A stretch of DNA of 64,000 nt from Leptogorgia sarmentosa (lineage: Eukaryota). Both the position numbers and the translations under genes were made by a program. Shown in pieces: positions 13,193 through 25,264 of the stretch. The stretch covers positions 22,878,001-22,942,000 of the forward strand of contig OZ210885.1 of NCBI GenBank assembly GCA_964658305.1. The letters are read 5' to 3'. The notes under the pieces are model-generated. The model worked only from the letters and a program-made list of their open reading frames with translations, had not been told where the DNA came from and made no database searches. The stretch's first letter is position 1. Every line of letters starts with the position of its first letter.

Positions 13193-13874
13193 GAGAAATA
13201 TTTTTTGGTTAAAATATGATTTCTGTAGAGGTCATTTAGACATTTTAGTGATTTTACTATTTTAGCAATTTTATCAAAAAATTTCAACTTTCATCAAATA
13301 GTTTTTGTACGTATTTGGTGCTAACTGCTAACAATTTGTAGTTATTGTCTAAGGCAAATTATATGTTAATGTTAATTCTTCTGTTGGAAATTGATGCCCA
13401 CTTTCTGATGAGAGTATCAATGTCTAAGTTCAGTGCAATATCTCTGTTAAGTGTTATGCACATCAAATCACTTAATCTTTCAGAGGTCAGAGATGACCTC
13501 AGCTTCGTACATATGCGGTTCATAGCCGAGAATGTTCTTTCTACACTTGCAGAGGATGTTGATAGAGTGTTTTTTACATTAATCAGCTTCATTAAGCCTG
13601 CCGCACACGAGAGCTATCTGCTGAGCTGACAGTCACTCGTGCCCGTTAGCTCAGCTTGTAGCTTACGTGTGCGTATAGTTTTTGCTGCGGAATTGGTCAC
13701 GAGTGACCGCGAGGGAAAATTCTGTTGTGTTTGATTTTTTTGTCCATGCGTGGCAGAAATTATACCGTGTGCGGGTTCGTGTGCTATCAGCTCAGCTGTA
13801 AATATGAGACAGCCAATGAAAACGCGTATCATATCCACGTGATACTACTGATATAATTTATTCAGCATCACAAT

Positions 13875-15779
13875 ATGGCGTCGAATGTTGTTGACGAGAT
13901 TGTGGCAGAAGAAAAATTAGTTGAAATATGGCCAGATCACCCCTGTCTGTACGACGTTCGTTCAGCTGATTTTAAGAATCGAGATAAACGACAAAAAGCC
14001 TTACAAGAAATTGCAACTACTGTTGATCAAAATGGTAATAATGCTCATGAATTCTGTATTTGTTGAATTGCCAAATGTATATGTACGTGATCACGTGTGG
14101 TACATGTTTATTGATTTTAATTCTATTCTTTATTTCATTCTAAACATTCACAATAACGGGAAAGCCTTGTATGTTTTTATATCTTTCAACAGTTGACTGG
14201 GTAAAAAATAAACTCAAAGCGCTCAGAAACTGTTTTACAAAAGCAAAAAAGCCACCACCTTCAGGAAGTGCAAGGAGAAACCCCTCAAAGCGAACAGCTT
14301 GGGTCTTGGAAAAATTACAGTTTCTTGAGCAATTCATTGCCACAAGGTCAACAATGTCTAACTTGGACGAGGTACTATTATTGTAATGTGTTTGTTAGAC
14401 CAGTGTTTATTTGAGACCACACATGTATTCCTGCCATGGTACTGACCCTGAGGCAGATAAAAAGTAATTTGCCAACTCTGTGTGCTGGTTTTTTGCATTG
14501 GTTGTAGAATTTCTGGATGAGCTTGTTTGCAACCCACACAGTTGGGGATCACTTCTCCACTGACCATTCATGAAGTTCAAACGTTCAACGTCTTCAAAGT
14601 CTTGAACGCTAATATAGTTGTTCTTGTTTTTCTCAACCATAAAATTGTGTAGGCAACATGTGGCAAGAATAATGTCAACTACTTTGTCAGGGTGAAGTTT
14701 AATTGTTGTTAGCAACACTCTAAATCTGTTGGCTAAAATGCCAAATGCATTTTCCACAACACGCCTTGCTCTTGAAAGCCTGTAGTTGAAGATTCTCTTA
14801 GGTTTGTCCAAACTTCGATGTGGAAACGGTTTCATCACATCTTTTCGTAATGGAAATGCATCATCACCAACAATGTGATAGCATATTGTCGTAGTAATTC
14901 CTTCAATATTTTGTGGGGGTGGCAATCGAAAGGTCTTATTATCTAAGGCTTTCTTCAAAGATGAATCCCGAAACACACCAGCATCCCCAGCTCGCCCGCT
15001 TGCCCCAACATCCACATATAGAAATTTATAGTTAGCATCAACAAGAGCAAGAAGTAAAACACTAAAAAAGTGTTTGTAATTAAAAAACTCAGAACCAGTG
15101 TCTGTTGGTTGTTGTATTGCTATATGTTTGCCATCTAGGGCCCCAACACAGCATGGATAGTTCCATTTTGTGAAAAACTCATCTGCAACTTTTAGCCAAT
15201 CATTCTCAGATGATGGTACCTGCAATAAACAGTACAAAACCATAACTTAAATTATACACTTTTTAGGTGAATTCTACTGTGGTAGGTGAGAATGAGAATA
15301 ATGATGATGATGGTGATGAAGGTGATCCCATGCAACTTGGTGGAAATGATTCTGATGATGATTTTGATCAACCAAATGAAACAAATGCAACACTTGCAGT
15401 GCAATCAACCAAAATGCCAATAAAGTCCAGGCCCAAGTCCCTAAAGAGGAAGTTACAAGAAGAGGAATTTAATGTCATGAAGGGTCTTGCTTCCTCAATT
15501 GCCAAAGAGAGAAAAAAAGAAAACAGTGAAGTTGGAGAATGTGAATCATATGGAAAGTTCTTAATCGAGTCACTTAAGAAATTTGATGAAGCAACAAGGC
15601 ATCTTGTACAGTACCAGATAAATAATGTTCTGTTCCAGGCACAAATGGGTATAATAACACCTGGCCAATCCAACCTGACTGCACATCGACAAGAACAATA
15701 CCCTAGGCAGCAACCATATACCGCACAACAACAACAGCAACAGCCTTATTTTCAGTTTGTGAACAATCAAGGAGTTTGA
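13875..15779 (+). CDS. Harbinger MADF/Myb-like DNA-binding protein with C-terminal BESS-like motif, ~283 aa, 3 exons
   Basis: Exons 13875-14034, 14193-14371 and 15267-15779, all GT-AG with matching phases (1, 0). MADF-like HPCLYDVRSADFKNRDKRQKAL..WVKNKLKALR; BESS-like YGKFLIESLKKF..QYQINNVLF. Confidence 0.85.
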
Positions 15780-16440
15780 CTTTAGTTAGTCTTCGTTGGC
15801 CTTTGTTGGGCCCATGTACATAATTTACTTATATGTTGAGTTATTTAAAATTTCATATTAAATAAAATTTATATAAGAAGCATACAAAACTTATGCCTAC
15901 TTTTAGAAATTGTTCTTTCATTGCTTCAAAAATCGCTTGACATGTCTCGTTGATGATATCTGAAACTGTCCTCTCACCCATTCTGTATTGGAATGATAGG
16001 CTTCTAAATGATTCACCTAGAATTTAATTTTGCTATTAGTTTTACAAAACCTGCAGGAACTTTAATTATTATTAATTAAACTTATAATGCATTATACGTC
16101 ACTACATACCAGTAGCTAGAAAGCGTAAGGTAACTGCGAGTCTTTCTTCAGGGCAAATACTTGCTCTCATTACTGTATTTTTCTTGCGAATAAATGGCCC
16201 AACCATCCTCAATACCTCCTCAAATGAATTGACATCCAAGCGATGGTATTGTCTAAAGGTCTCTGGATCATCATCTCGAAGTTCACGAAGTAGATTCCCG
16301 AAAACACCCTGTTCCTGACGTTTCTGAATCCAGGTTTTGCTCCACGTCGTTCTGCATGCAGCTCTCCAGCGGCGACGACGACGTCGCATTAATAGAATAA
16401 GAAGCAGTGCAACTCGATGAAGGTTTAATTTTGCCGCCAT
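14407..16440 (-). CDS. Harbinger DDE transposase (HARBI1-like), ~419 aa, 3 exons
   Basis: Exons 16440-16110, 16016-15901 and 15219-14407, GT-AG with matching phases (1, 0) and no stops. Motifs RLAVTLRFLATGES, GALDGKH, NYKHFFS, VGDDAFP, RARRVVENAFG. Confidence 0.92.
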
Positions 16441-18761
16441 TTTGAAAATTAGCGCAAAGATAGATATCAGCTTAGCACTTTACTCAACGTTTGCGATAAA
16501 CATAAAATGCTTAGCTATCAGCCACGCGTGGCCATTAGCTAAGCTGATAGCTCTCGTGTGCGGTAGGCTTTAGGTTTTCCATTCCTCTTCTTCGCATAGG
16601 CAAGCAGAGAAAAATTTCATATTTTGCTTTCAATAAGGTTTTATTGACATTCAAGCAATCAAAATGGTGTAACATATGTATAAGTTTTTGAAAATCTAAA
16701 AAGTTTTCTGATGTAGCATCAAATGCTTCACAAGCTTTCAAGATATTTACATTCTTATCATCAAATCGGACTATGAACTCTTCCTCCAATTTAGCCTGCA
16801 TATAACTGTTAAGTGCAGTAATAGAATTTTTTAGTTGAGCTTCAATTTCTTCCTCACTTCTTTCAAAGCCCCCTGATCGAGTATTGTGTATTTTATTATC
16901 CAGCACCAATGGAATGCCCATTTTCTTGGAACATTCTTCAGCAGCCTCATAAATAGCTTCCTCCGTAATTTCTTTTAACCCCAATCTTGTTCTGGTAACG
17001 CAGTACTGAACCTCCGTCCAATTGATATCTACAGCTTGTAGCTCTTTAGATAAATTGTCTAACTCAGCTAAAAACAATTGCAACATCACCAAGGCTACAA
17101 CGAATTTACCAGTCATCAATTTGTGATAAAATCCTGCAGCTTCATCTGCATGCTTAGCTCCATGTACTGCTCCATTGTTGCTTACTTCAGCCAAAGTTGC
17201 GAGTATACATGCGAGTATTCTATTCAGGCTTTTCTGCAACAAAATCAATCGCTTCAAATTTGCAAGACCACCTCACCTCGAATTGTTGAGTTAAGTATTT
17301 AGTTTGCGTTTTTGGAAACATTTCGTGGAATATTTTCTGGTATACAGGTCTCACTTTACCAATATTCAGAAAGGAATACAAGCCGGAATAGTAGCCAGAA
17401 CATCGACAGCTAACAGAGAACCTTTTACCAAGTCATTCACAATCAAATTTAACCTGTGTGCGGTGCAATGAATGTAGAGAGTCCATGGAAAATGTTGTGA
17501 TCTTTAAATCTCACCCACACCAGCATACTCCCCACTCATCACACTTGCTCCATCTGCACCAAGACTAATGACAACAGATCCATCTGAATGCTGTGTAATG
17601 AATTCTATTAAGTCTTTCGTATGAGCAGCTATTGTCTGTGCATCAAATTTAGTCAGATGTTTAATCTCAATAAATCGCTCCACCATCTTTTCACTATAAT
17701 AGCGCACAGCAAGTGCTAGCTCTTCCTTTTTGCCTTTGTCCTTGCTCTCATCAATAAGGACTGAATACATTCCACAGTTTGCAATTTCTGAATAAATTGC
17801 ATCACGGACACTATTGGCCACAACTGTCACAAATCCATTGAAAGATGTTTTAGAGGTGTAATCTGTACTTCGAGATTTGGTGACCTTCTCATGTAACTCC
17901 TGAAAACTTGCATTTGTCTCTAATTGTAGCTTAATAAATGACAACCAATTTCCCTGTTTCTCTGATTTTTCTGTCTCATCATGACCTCTGGTTGCTACAC
18001 TATTTGTCGTAAACCACGATACATACTTGAACAAAATTCTAAGATAGTCTTTGTTCTCTCTTGCAATTTCATTTGCGTTAGGGCATAGCTTATCTGCAAT
18101 GCTTTTCAGGGCCCCTGATTCTATCATTTTCTTTCTATTCCATGCATTGTAGCTAAACTGGTGTGATTAGACTCATGTTTACCATATCCCTTTCCACTTT
18201 CCATAGCATTGCCCCAATTTCTGAAACCAGTCATCACAAATGGTGAAGAATTTCCTGTTTTTGAATATTTCCTACAGCAAAAGCAAAATGCAGCATCTTT
18301 CTGCACATTATACTCCAACCAGTCATACTTCTTATACCAGCTCTGTTGAAAGGATCGGGTTCTGTGCAATTTCAAGGCCTCATTGACTGGATAAATGGAC
18401 AGTTTTGGTTGTGAAGGTTGTTCATCTAAAAGTTGAGTGTCAACTTGGTGCCAATCATTATACAACAGTGTCTTATTGTCCATTTTATGTGAAAACTAAC
18501 TTCTTAATCTTAAACTTGCTGATAAAATTAATATTAATAATATATGTACACTTAATAATTAATATCAACTGAAGAACTTTACCATTAGTAAGGTGATTAT
18601 CTGAGAGTAATGGTCTGATTACTTCTGTAGTTTCATCATTTTTTAAAACAGCGTCATCAACAGACCCATCAACATCTTGATCAATACTTATGCTCTTATC
18701 TACATCATTTGTAAAATCTGATTTCTGATGTTCCTGTAGAGAAATAAGTTAAGGGTTAATG

Positions 18762-19052
18762 CAAGGCCGTCGGAAGCGGGAGGGCTGGGGGGGCTTGAGC
18801 CCCCCCAATAATTTTTACATGTACAAAACAAACCAAAACAAAACACTCAGAGTAGAAAAAATGCGAACCTGATCTTCAGAATTCTAAAAAATGTACTTCC
18901 CAAAACGCTGGAAATCCTATTTTCTGGGGTTCTAGATTTCAAAATTTTCTACGGGGGGCATACCCCCTAGCAGCGAGAACGTCTTCGGCATTCGCCTAGT
19001 GCTGAGGCTTCTGGCGAGCCCCCCCAATGTATATTTGCTTCCGACGGCCTTG
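18762..19052. mobile_element. MITE with 5-bp TSD in an intron of hAT transposase A
   Basis: 16-bp perfect TIRs CAAGGCCGTCGGAAGC / GCTTCCGACGGCCTTG; TAATG on both sides. Confidence 0.85.
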
Positions 19053-19480
19053 TAATGCTAAGAGTATTTTAGACTGAACTCAGTGGAGACATTCCGAGAC
19101 AAGAGTATATACTAAATGCAAACTTACTATTGCGATATTAACAATTGTCAGTATGAACTTTATAATTGTTTCAACGTTTCAGCAGGCAAACCTGAAAATG
19201 TTTGCCTGGCATCATGGCATGTAAAAGCATACATGTAGAACTAGAACAAAAATAAAATGCTACCTCAACATTGATGCCAGCCGTATCATCGTCATTGTGA
19301 TTCCATTCATGATTAAGTTCACCTGAATCACATTCAGCAGTTAAACTATTGTTATCAACTGATCTATCTGCACTTGTAGGAGTTGTAGTTTGTGTTGGTC
19401 GTACCTGAAATTCAAATTTGCTCATTTTGATTCTTAATTTATAATTTAAAATTTTCTTTCTGCTAATATGTTATCAAATT

Positions 19481-19631
19481 CAGTGGCTTAGCCAGAACGC
19501 TAATTGGAGGGGCCCATATTCATATATTCATGTTCTGCGTTATTAATTTCTTTTGAAATCAATTGTGTTTATATGTGAACACGAATATATGAATATGTGC
19601 ACCCCCAATTATTGTTCTGGCTATGCTACTG
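19481..19631. mobile_element. hAT-type MITE
   Basis: TIRs CAGTGGCTTAGCCAGAAC / GTTCTGGCTATGCTACTG; 8-bp TSD ATCAAATT. Confidence 0.88.
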
Positions 19632-20012
19632 ATCAAATTACCATAGTATTGAAATTTAATGGGAACTATGAAATTGAAAAACAAATAAAACTTTCCCTGT
19701 ACTTTTCTTCCTTTTCAAAAGAAGTTTTTGTAATTTCAAAACTATTTCGAATGTTTAATTTTCGTATTTACATCCCAACATGCAGGCGCAGAAAGCGTGG
19801 CCTGCAATCAGGCCGAAAAAAGGCTGTTAGTGCGGGCGTATCGACCGATCAGGCTATGTGTGTGTACATGCGGACGTAATTTGTTTGTAATATACATAGA
19901 ACTTTGTTGTATTCATAATTTCGAATTTATTAGCTCAAATGCTTTCTTTCTTTGACCATTTGATGCGAAAAAATGGTGTTAATGACTTTCACAAAAAATA
20001 TTAAAATAGGAG

Positions 20013-20720
20013 GGGTTCCTAATTTTCCTAATTTTCTTGTCTCATCCTTAGGGGTTGTGCCTAAAAAAGCTCCTGGCAAATATCGCTTAATTCACCATTT
20101 GTCATTTCCTCGTGGTGTGTCTGTTAATGACGGTATTTCACCCGAAGATGCATCTGTACAGTATGCTCGTGTTGATGACGCGGTTACCATGATTAAAAAC
20201 TTAGGCCAGGGTTGTTTTTTGGCTAAAACCGATATCAAAAGTGCTTTTCGTATTATTCCCATTTTGCCAGCTGATTATGACCTCTTGGGCATTTTTTTGC
20301 AAGGGAAATATTATTATGATCGGGTTATGCCAATGGGATGTGCGTCATCGTGTCGCACTTTTGAGATGTTTGACACTGCTATCAAATGGGTTGCTAGGAC
20401 AAAGCTGTCAATGCCGCATTTAATCCACATTCTTGATGATTATCTTATGGCTGCGCCTACTTTTCACCAATGTCGTATTAACCTCGATCGTTTCTTATCT
20501 CTTTGCGCTTACTTAGCCGTCCCCATGGCCCCTGAAAATGTTCTTTCATTTTTGTGCTCATGTCTTATTTGTCGTTCCTCTCGTTCATTGGGGTGGGGTA
20601 TGTCCCCTTTACCCAAGGTGACTTGTGCCGTTGTTATTACCCCCACCTTTTGTTAATTAATTACTTAGTTTAACCATTTGTAATGTTAATAATTCATTTA
20701 TCGAAAAATTAATAAAACCG
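20013..20720 (+). mobile_element. Internally deleted tyrosine-recombinase retrotransposon (Ngaro/DIRS-group) RT fragment
   Basis: SSLGVVPKKAPGKYRLIHHLSFPRGVSVNDGI, AKTDIKSAFR, MPMGCASS, HILDDY. Similarity ends near 20537 and is followed by a T-rich segment with AATAAA. Boundaries are approximate. Confidence 0.8.
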
Positions 20721-21407
20721 GCATGTGCGTATATAACTCGCACATTGCCAAATTTATTCCAATACGCGTCTGACATGTTTATTGCGCAAAACACAGAAAA
20801 CGGAGCTCATTGTCACAGGGTATCTGCCAGATGAGGTGTTAATTAAAGGAAGCGATAAATACATGTATTATACATTAAAATTTAAGTTAGGCTTTTATAG
20901 ATACAGCTACATATTTGAACGATGTAGCGCTTATGCTTTCTTCGCTTTTCTCAACACTCGTAATTATATGCGAAAATGGATTAGATACAAATAACACTGT
21001 ATATGGGGTTAATGAATAATAAGTAATCATGTAAATGATTATTAAAGCTATAAAAGGCCGGTACACTTGATTTCTGGCTCAATTCAGTTAATGTCGGCGA
21101 CCTGAAAGTGAGAGGTGAGAGAAAGACGAGAAACCACCCGCCCACCCACAGAAAATTTGTGCGGTTCCTCCACGCGAAGTTCGTTTCACTCACTTCGGCC
21201 CACTAACTAATATTTGCCAATACCTAAATCAATTGAGCTGGAATTCGAGTGTTGGGAAATAGAATACTTTACTAAATCAAACACGTAAACGTTTTTCTGC
21301 GCCACCCATTACCAGCGAGGAAAGGGGACTAAATGTCATTAATAATCCCCATGTTGCAGATTGGTTTTTCACTCAACGATTAGAAAGCTTTATAAAGCAT
21401 TGGCTTT

Positions 21408-22620
21408 ATGACACGCTTGGTGCAAAGAATGAGAAACCTATGTGAGGAAGAGGAAAATTTTGAGATGGAATTTTGTCAAGTCGCTGCTTTGTCTATTATT
21501 TTGGCAGGCAGAAATCCCAGAAAACAAAGAGGGCAAAATGAACCTGGAAGCAAAACCTGGTGGGAGCAGGGTTATCTGAATTGGAATGATGCGGCCTTTA
21601 AGAAAAGGTTAAGAGTGTCACGAGAAACATTTGGTTTCATTCTTGAAGGAATCAGCATAGATGTTCGTAAACAACCCACTATAATGAATCCATATCCAAC
21701 ACCACCTTCTACTCAATTAACAATTTGTTTGTACCGCTTAGCCCATGGATGTACATTTTCAACTGTGGAAGATTTGTTCGGTGTAGCTCCTTCAACAGCT
21801 CACTGTATTTTTCTGGAGATTTGCCATGTTTTGGTCAGAAAAATGTACGATGACTTTGTTTATCTTCCAAAAACCACTGAAGACTGGTCAAAAGAACTAC
21901 AGGGATTTCTTGAAAACTGGGAATTCCCATGCATTGGTACATGGGATGGTTTCCATGTGTACATTTCCTGCACTCAGAAAAATTTTTACAGCTTCAAAAA
22001 ACGTTATTCCATCACCAACATGGGTTTTGTTGGGTACAACAAGAGATTTATGTGAGCGGCAGTAGGGGCCCATGGCTCAACGCACGACTCACAACTTTTG
22101 AAAAATTGTCATGTTACTCTGAGATTCAAAATGGCAATATATCCCCCAACCAAAGCTTGGGCAATATATTCCCCAACCAAAGCTTGAATCTAAGTCCTTA
22201 TGGAGAAATTCCATTAACAGTTGGGACAATTTGGCTTTTCCCAGTTGCCCATGGCTATTGAAACTTTACCAGGAGGGAACCAAAGTGCTTCTAGAAAGAT
22301 ACTTTAATACAAGATTGTCTTCAGATAAGAGTTGTAACAGAGCATGCATATGGAATGCTCAAGGGTCGCTGGAGAATTTTATACAATAAACTTGAATGTG
22401 ATTTAGAAAACATTCAAATTGTTGTTATGACATGTATTCTACTGCATAATATCTGTATTGCCAAAAAAAGACCCCTGTAACCCCAGATGCAGACTGAAAG
22501 TTGATGAGCTCAATCTTGTTCGAGGTAATTCTCCACAACAAGATGACCCAGGCACAGTGAAAGCAACTATCACAAATTGGTTATGGAAAATCCGGAATCT
22601 TCATGAATCTAATGAATGAA
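21408..22620 (+). pseudogene. Second Harbinger transposase, degenerate
   Basis: FKKRLRVSRETF, LYRLAHG, GTWDGFH, FKKRYS, then stops and frameshifts; TEHAYGMLKGRWRIL near 22340; 27-bp tandem duplication near 22133-22186. Confidence 0.85.
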
Positions 22621-23206
22621 TTGGCCAGTATGAACAGTGGCTATACTGCACAATTCATTGATAGGTTTATAAAACATGTAAAATACAATTGTTGAATTCA
22701 ATTCTTAAAAATTAGTTTGCATGAAGAATGCTTAAAAACAAATTGAACTGAATTGAAATTTTCAGGCAGACATGAAACAAAGTAATATTTTTTTCAAATC
22801 AAATATCTATATCAAATATCAATATATCTTTGTTTATTGCAATAAATATTATCAATATTAACCATGTAACTCAAACAACTCTTATTAAAACTTGCTTTAA
22901 AGTTAAATGCAATGCATTTTATTAAGGCTTGTCTTTGACATAATTGCATGCATCTCATCTAAATGTGCAAACTAATGCAATAAAGTGCAGTTTTGTTGGC
23001 TTTACAGTTCACAGTTTGCAATCTGTGATAATGGCATTATATTTACTTTAAGTATTACATTCACTTTTAAAATCTGGAATGTATATGACTCATGCACATC
23101 ACTTGTAATACTTGGATTGCACATTTAATTACATGCATTACAATTGCAGTTAATTATACATATAAACTGAAAATATGAATTTAAACAAAAACTTAATTGT
23201 AATGCT

Positions 23207-24130
23207 CTAATTGTATTGCCAATGATTATCTAAATCAATTAAATCACTTGCCCGAGAATCAGCACTTGTCTGAGATGTTTGATATTGCATTGATAATGGT
23301 TGTGTCATGGATGCATTGTAATAGGCAGGTTGTTGGGCAAACATATTTGTCATACCCACAGGCTGACGTTGATTTGTATTGAAGTGCATCATCATTTTCA
23401 TCATTTCTAACTCATGCTTTCGATTAAGTCCTGCTTGTTCTCTTTGAAAATCGAGAAATGCAGACTTGGCGTTCCTTCTCCATAGCAACCATCAGGTCTG
23501 ATCTCTTTTGTTGCCACATAAACTGCCTGATGAACTATCTATACTTTCGTCTAGTGCATTTTGATTTTCCTCCAATAAATCAAGATTTTCATTGACTGAT
23601 GAAGAAGATATATCTATTTCGTCATTAGAAGAAGAATCATCTGATTGCTTGTGAAAAACAGAGGAGGAGGAAGAAGCAACATCACTGATGTCTCCCAACA
23701 TGTCTGCAAAAATTGGATTCAATATACTGAACCATTTTGGTTCGTTGATCGGTTTTTTTCCACTGCCCTTTCTCACGCGATCAGTATACTTTCGCCACTC
23801 ACTTCGTAACCATTTGTACTTTACACGAAGTTTTGCTACTGTTATGTTCAAAGGGGGAAGTACCCGTTTGCCTTTATATCGCTTCGATATTCCCTCTTCA
23901 TTCTCTAGCTTATTGAACAATTCTAGAATCCACATTTGAAGCGCGTCCACGATTTCTTCGAACAAATTATTATTTGCAGTCTTTTTTAAGGCTAACATGT
24001 CTAATTTCACTGCAAAATTACGTTTCTCATCCGCAAGTACGATCGCAAAATAGAAAAGTTCTGTTTCTGTCCAAGCTCTTTCCCTTTTTTTCTCCGCTAT
24101 CTTTAATAACTCTAGAAATCTGCTCTTACA
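23207..24130 (-). pseudogene. Myb/SANT-like partner gene of the second Harbinger, convergent with its transposase
   Basis: WTETELFYF..LRVKYKWLRSEWRKY..GSG..EPKWFSILNPIF, followed by an acidic linker and a Q/M-rich tail; in-frame stop near 23492. Confidence 0.65.
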
Positions 24131-24224
24131 TGAAAAACTGCCTGTTGTTCAAGAAAAACTGCAGAATTTTGTTACATGGTCTCAGATTGTCCAACTAAGT
24201 TTGTCTGTATTTCGTTTATACTAG

Positions 24225-24412
24225 CGGACGAATTATCCGTCTGGACGAACTTACAGCTTAAGTTCGTCTTCTGAGACGAACTAACTGTTAAGTTCGTCTG
24301 GACGCTTAATTCGTCTGTTGTCTGCGTTTATACACAGACGAATTAACAGACGCACTAAAAAAAAGTTCTAAGTTCGTCGAGACGAATTATCTGTCTCCAG
24401 TATAAACAGGCC
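24225..24412. repeat. Right terminus of the second Harbinger with a subterminal array of GACGAA/TTCGTC motifs
   Basis: About nine GACGAA(C/T)T motifs in alternating orientation, ending in CCAGTATAAACAGGCC. No matching left TIR found. Confidence 0.6.
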
Positions 24413-24584
24413 GATAGAGTACTTTGCTTTCGGAAGATTATTCTATGAAGACGAAAAGCTAATTGTGTTAAAAACACTTAAAAAGGATAAAAGAAGTGCA
24501 TGATTATATATTTAGTTTTCATGATTATAAATTATATATTGAAAAAGCGAAGAACAAAAGACAAGACTGACCGTTGCATATTTA

Positions 24585-25264
24585 TACCGGGTGTCCCAAA
24601 AAAAAGTACTCCAATTTGATGCATAACAACTTTTGAACGAGTGAAGCTATGAAACAAAAACAACTCACAGTAGATAAAGGGAAGACTAACTTAGATTTTG
24701 ATATATTGCACTTGTATTTTAGTTAAAAATTCACGAAGATATTCGTGTTCAAAATCGGTAGCATACTTTCAGATGTGTCGAAAATATACCAAAAACGCGG
24801 TATCAAAATTGATCAAGCTTTGCTCAACTTGAACACACATTGGGGTGACTTATATTTCTATAAATTATTACTCAGGTTTGTAAGTGATATAGGAATGCAA
24901 ATTAACATTACAGCATTTCTTAAAACATTTTTCCCCAAAATGTTGGATGTCCCAGGGGAGTTATAATTATGTCTTATGCATGCATGGAGTTATGGTTTGA
25001 TTGTGTTTCATTCCGAGTTTATGTTAAACATGCCAAGAGCATGGAAGATGTGGAAATGCAGCAGAAGTTTGAAGACGATGGCCGGGTCGTTGGGGTAATA
25101 TTCCTGCCCCAACTAAACAAACTATTTGAATAACGCTCAGTTAATTTGATACAAGTGTGATATATCAAAATCTAAGTTAGTCTCCTCTCTATCTACGTTG
25201 AGTTTTTTTTGTTTAATAGCTTCACTCGTTCAAAAGTTATTACGAATCAAACCGACACCCGGTA
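24585..25264. mobile_element. Non-autonomous Tc1/mariner-type element with ~130-bp imperfect TIRs
   Basis: TACCGGGTGTC..AACTTTTGAACGAGTGAAGCTAT..GACTAACTTAGATTTTGATATA is mirrored at ~25148-25264. TA on the left flank, CA (mutated TA?) on the right. Confidence 0.8.

Larger units (their letters stand above)
13595..16569. mobile_element. PIF/Harbinger transposon, apparently intact and autonomous
   Basis: ~33-bp imperfect TIRs AGCCT(G/A)CCGCACACGAGAGCTATC. TSD TTA at 13592-13594 and 16570-16572. Two intact spliced genes inside. Confidence 0.95.
13359..19425 (-). pseudogene. hAT transposase A (TTF zinc finger, DUF4371, C-terminal dimerisation domain), frameshifted and split by a Harbinger
   Basis: WLEYNVQKDAAFCFCC, ATRGHDE, IDESKD, ADGASVMSG, IHCTAHRLNL (~17445-17475), SSASVERTFSAMNRI. 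Removing 13595-16569 and one TTA restores MENLMKLINV. Confidence 0.88.

Noticed and set aside
13013..13219. ORF MIYIYIYI...
   Set aside because: Translation of the (TA)n microsatellite.
21050..21070. GGCCGGTACACT as the left TIR of the second Harbinger
   Set aside because: Weak match to GGCCTGTTTATACT, with no subterminal GACGAA array and no convincing TSD.
24225..24412. CRISPR-like array (also considered for 38220-38289, 60370-60450 and 63820-64000)
   Set aside because: No constant-length repeats with unique spacers, no cas genes, and a eukaryotic intron-containing context.
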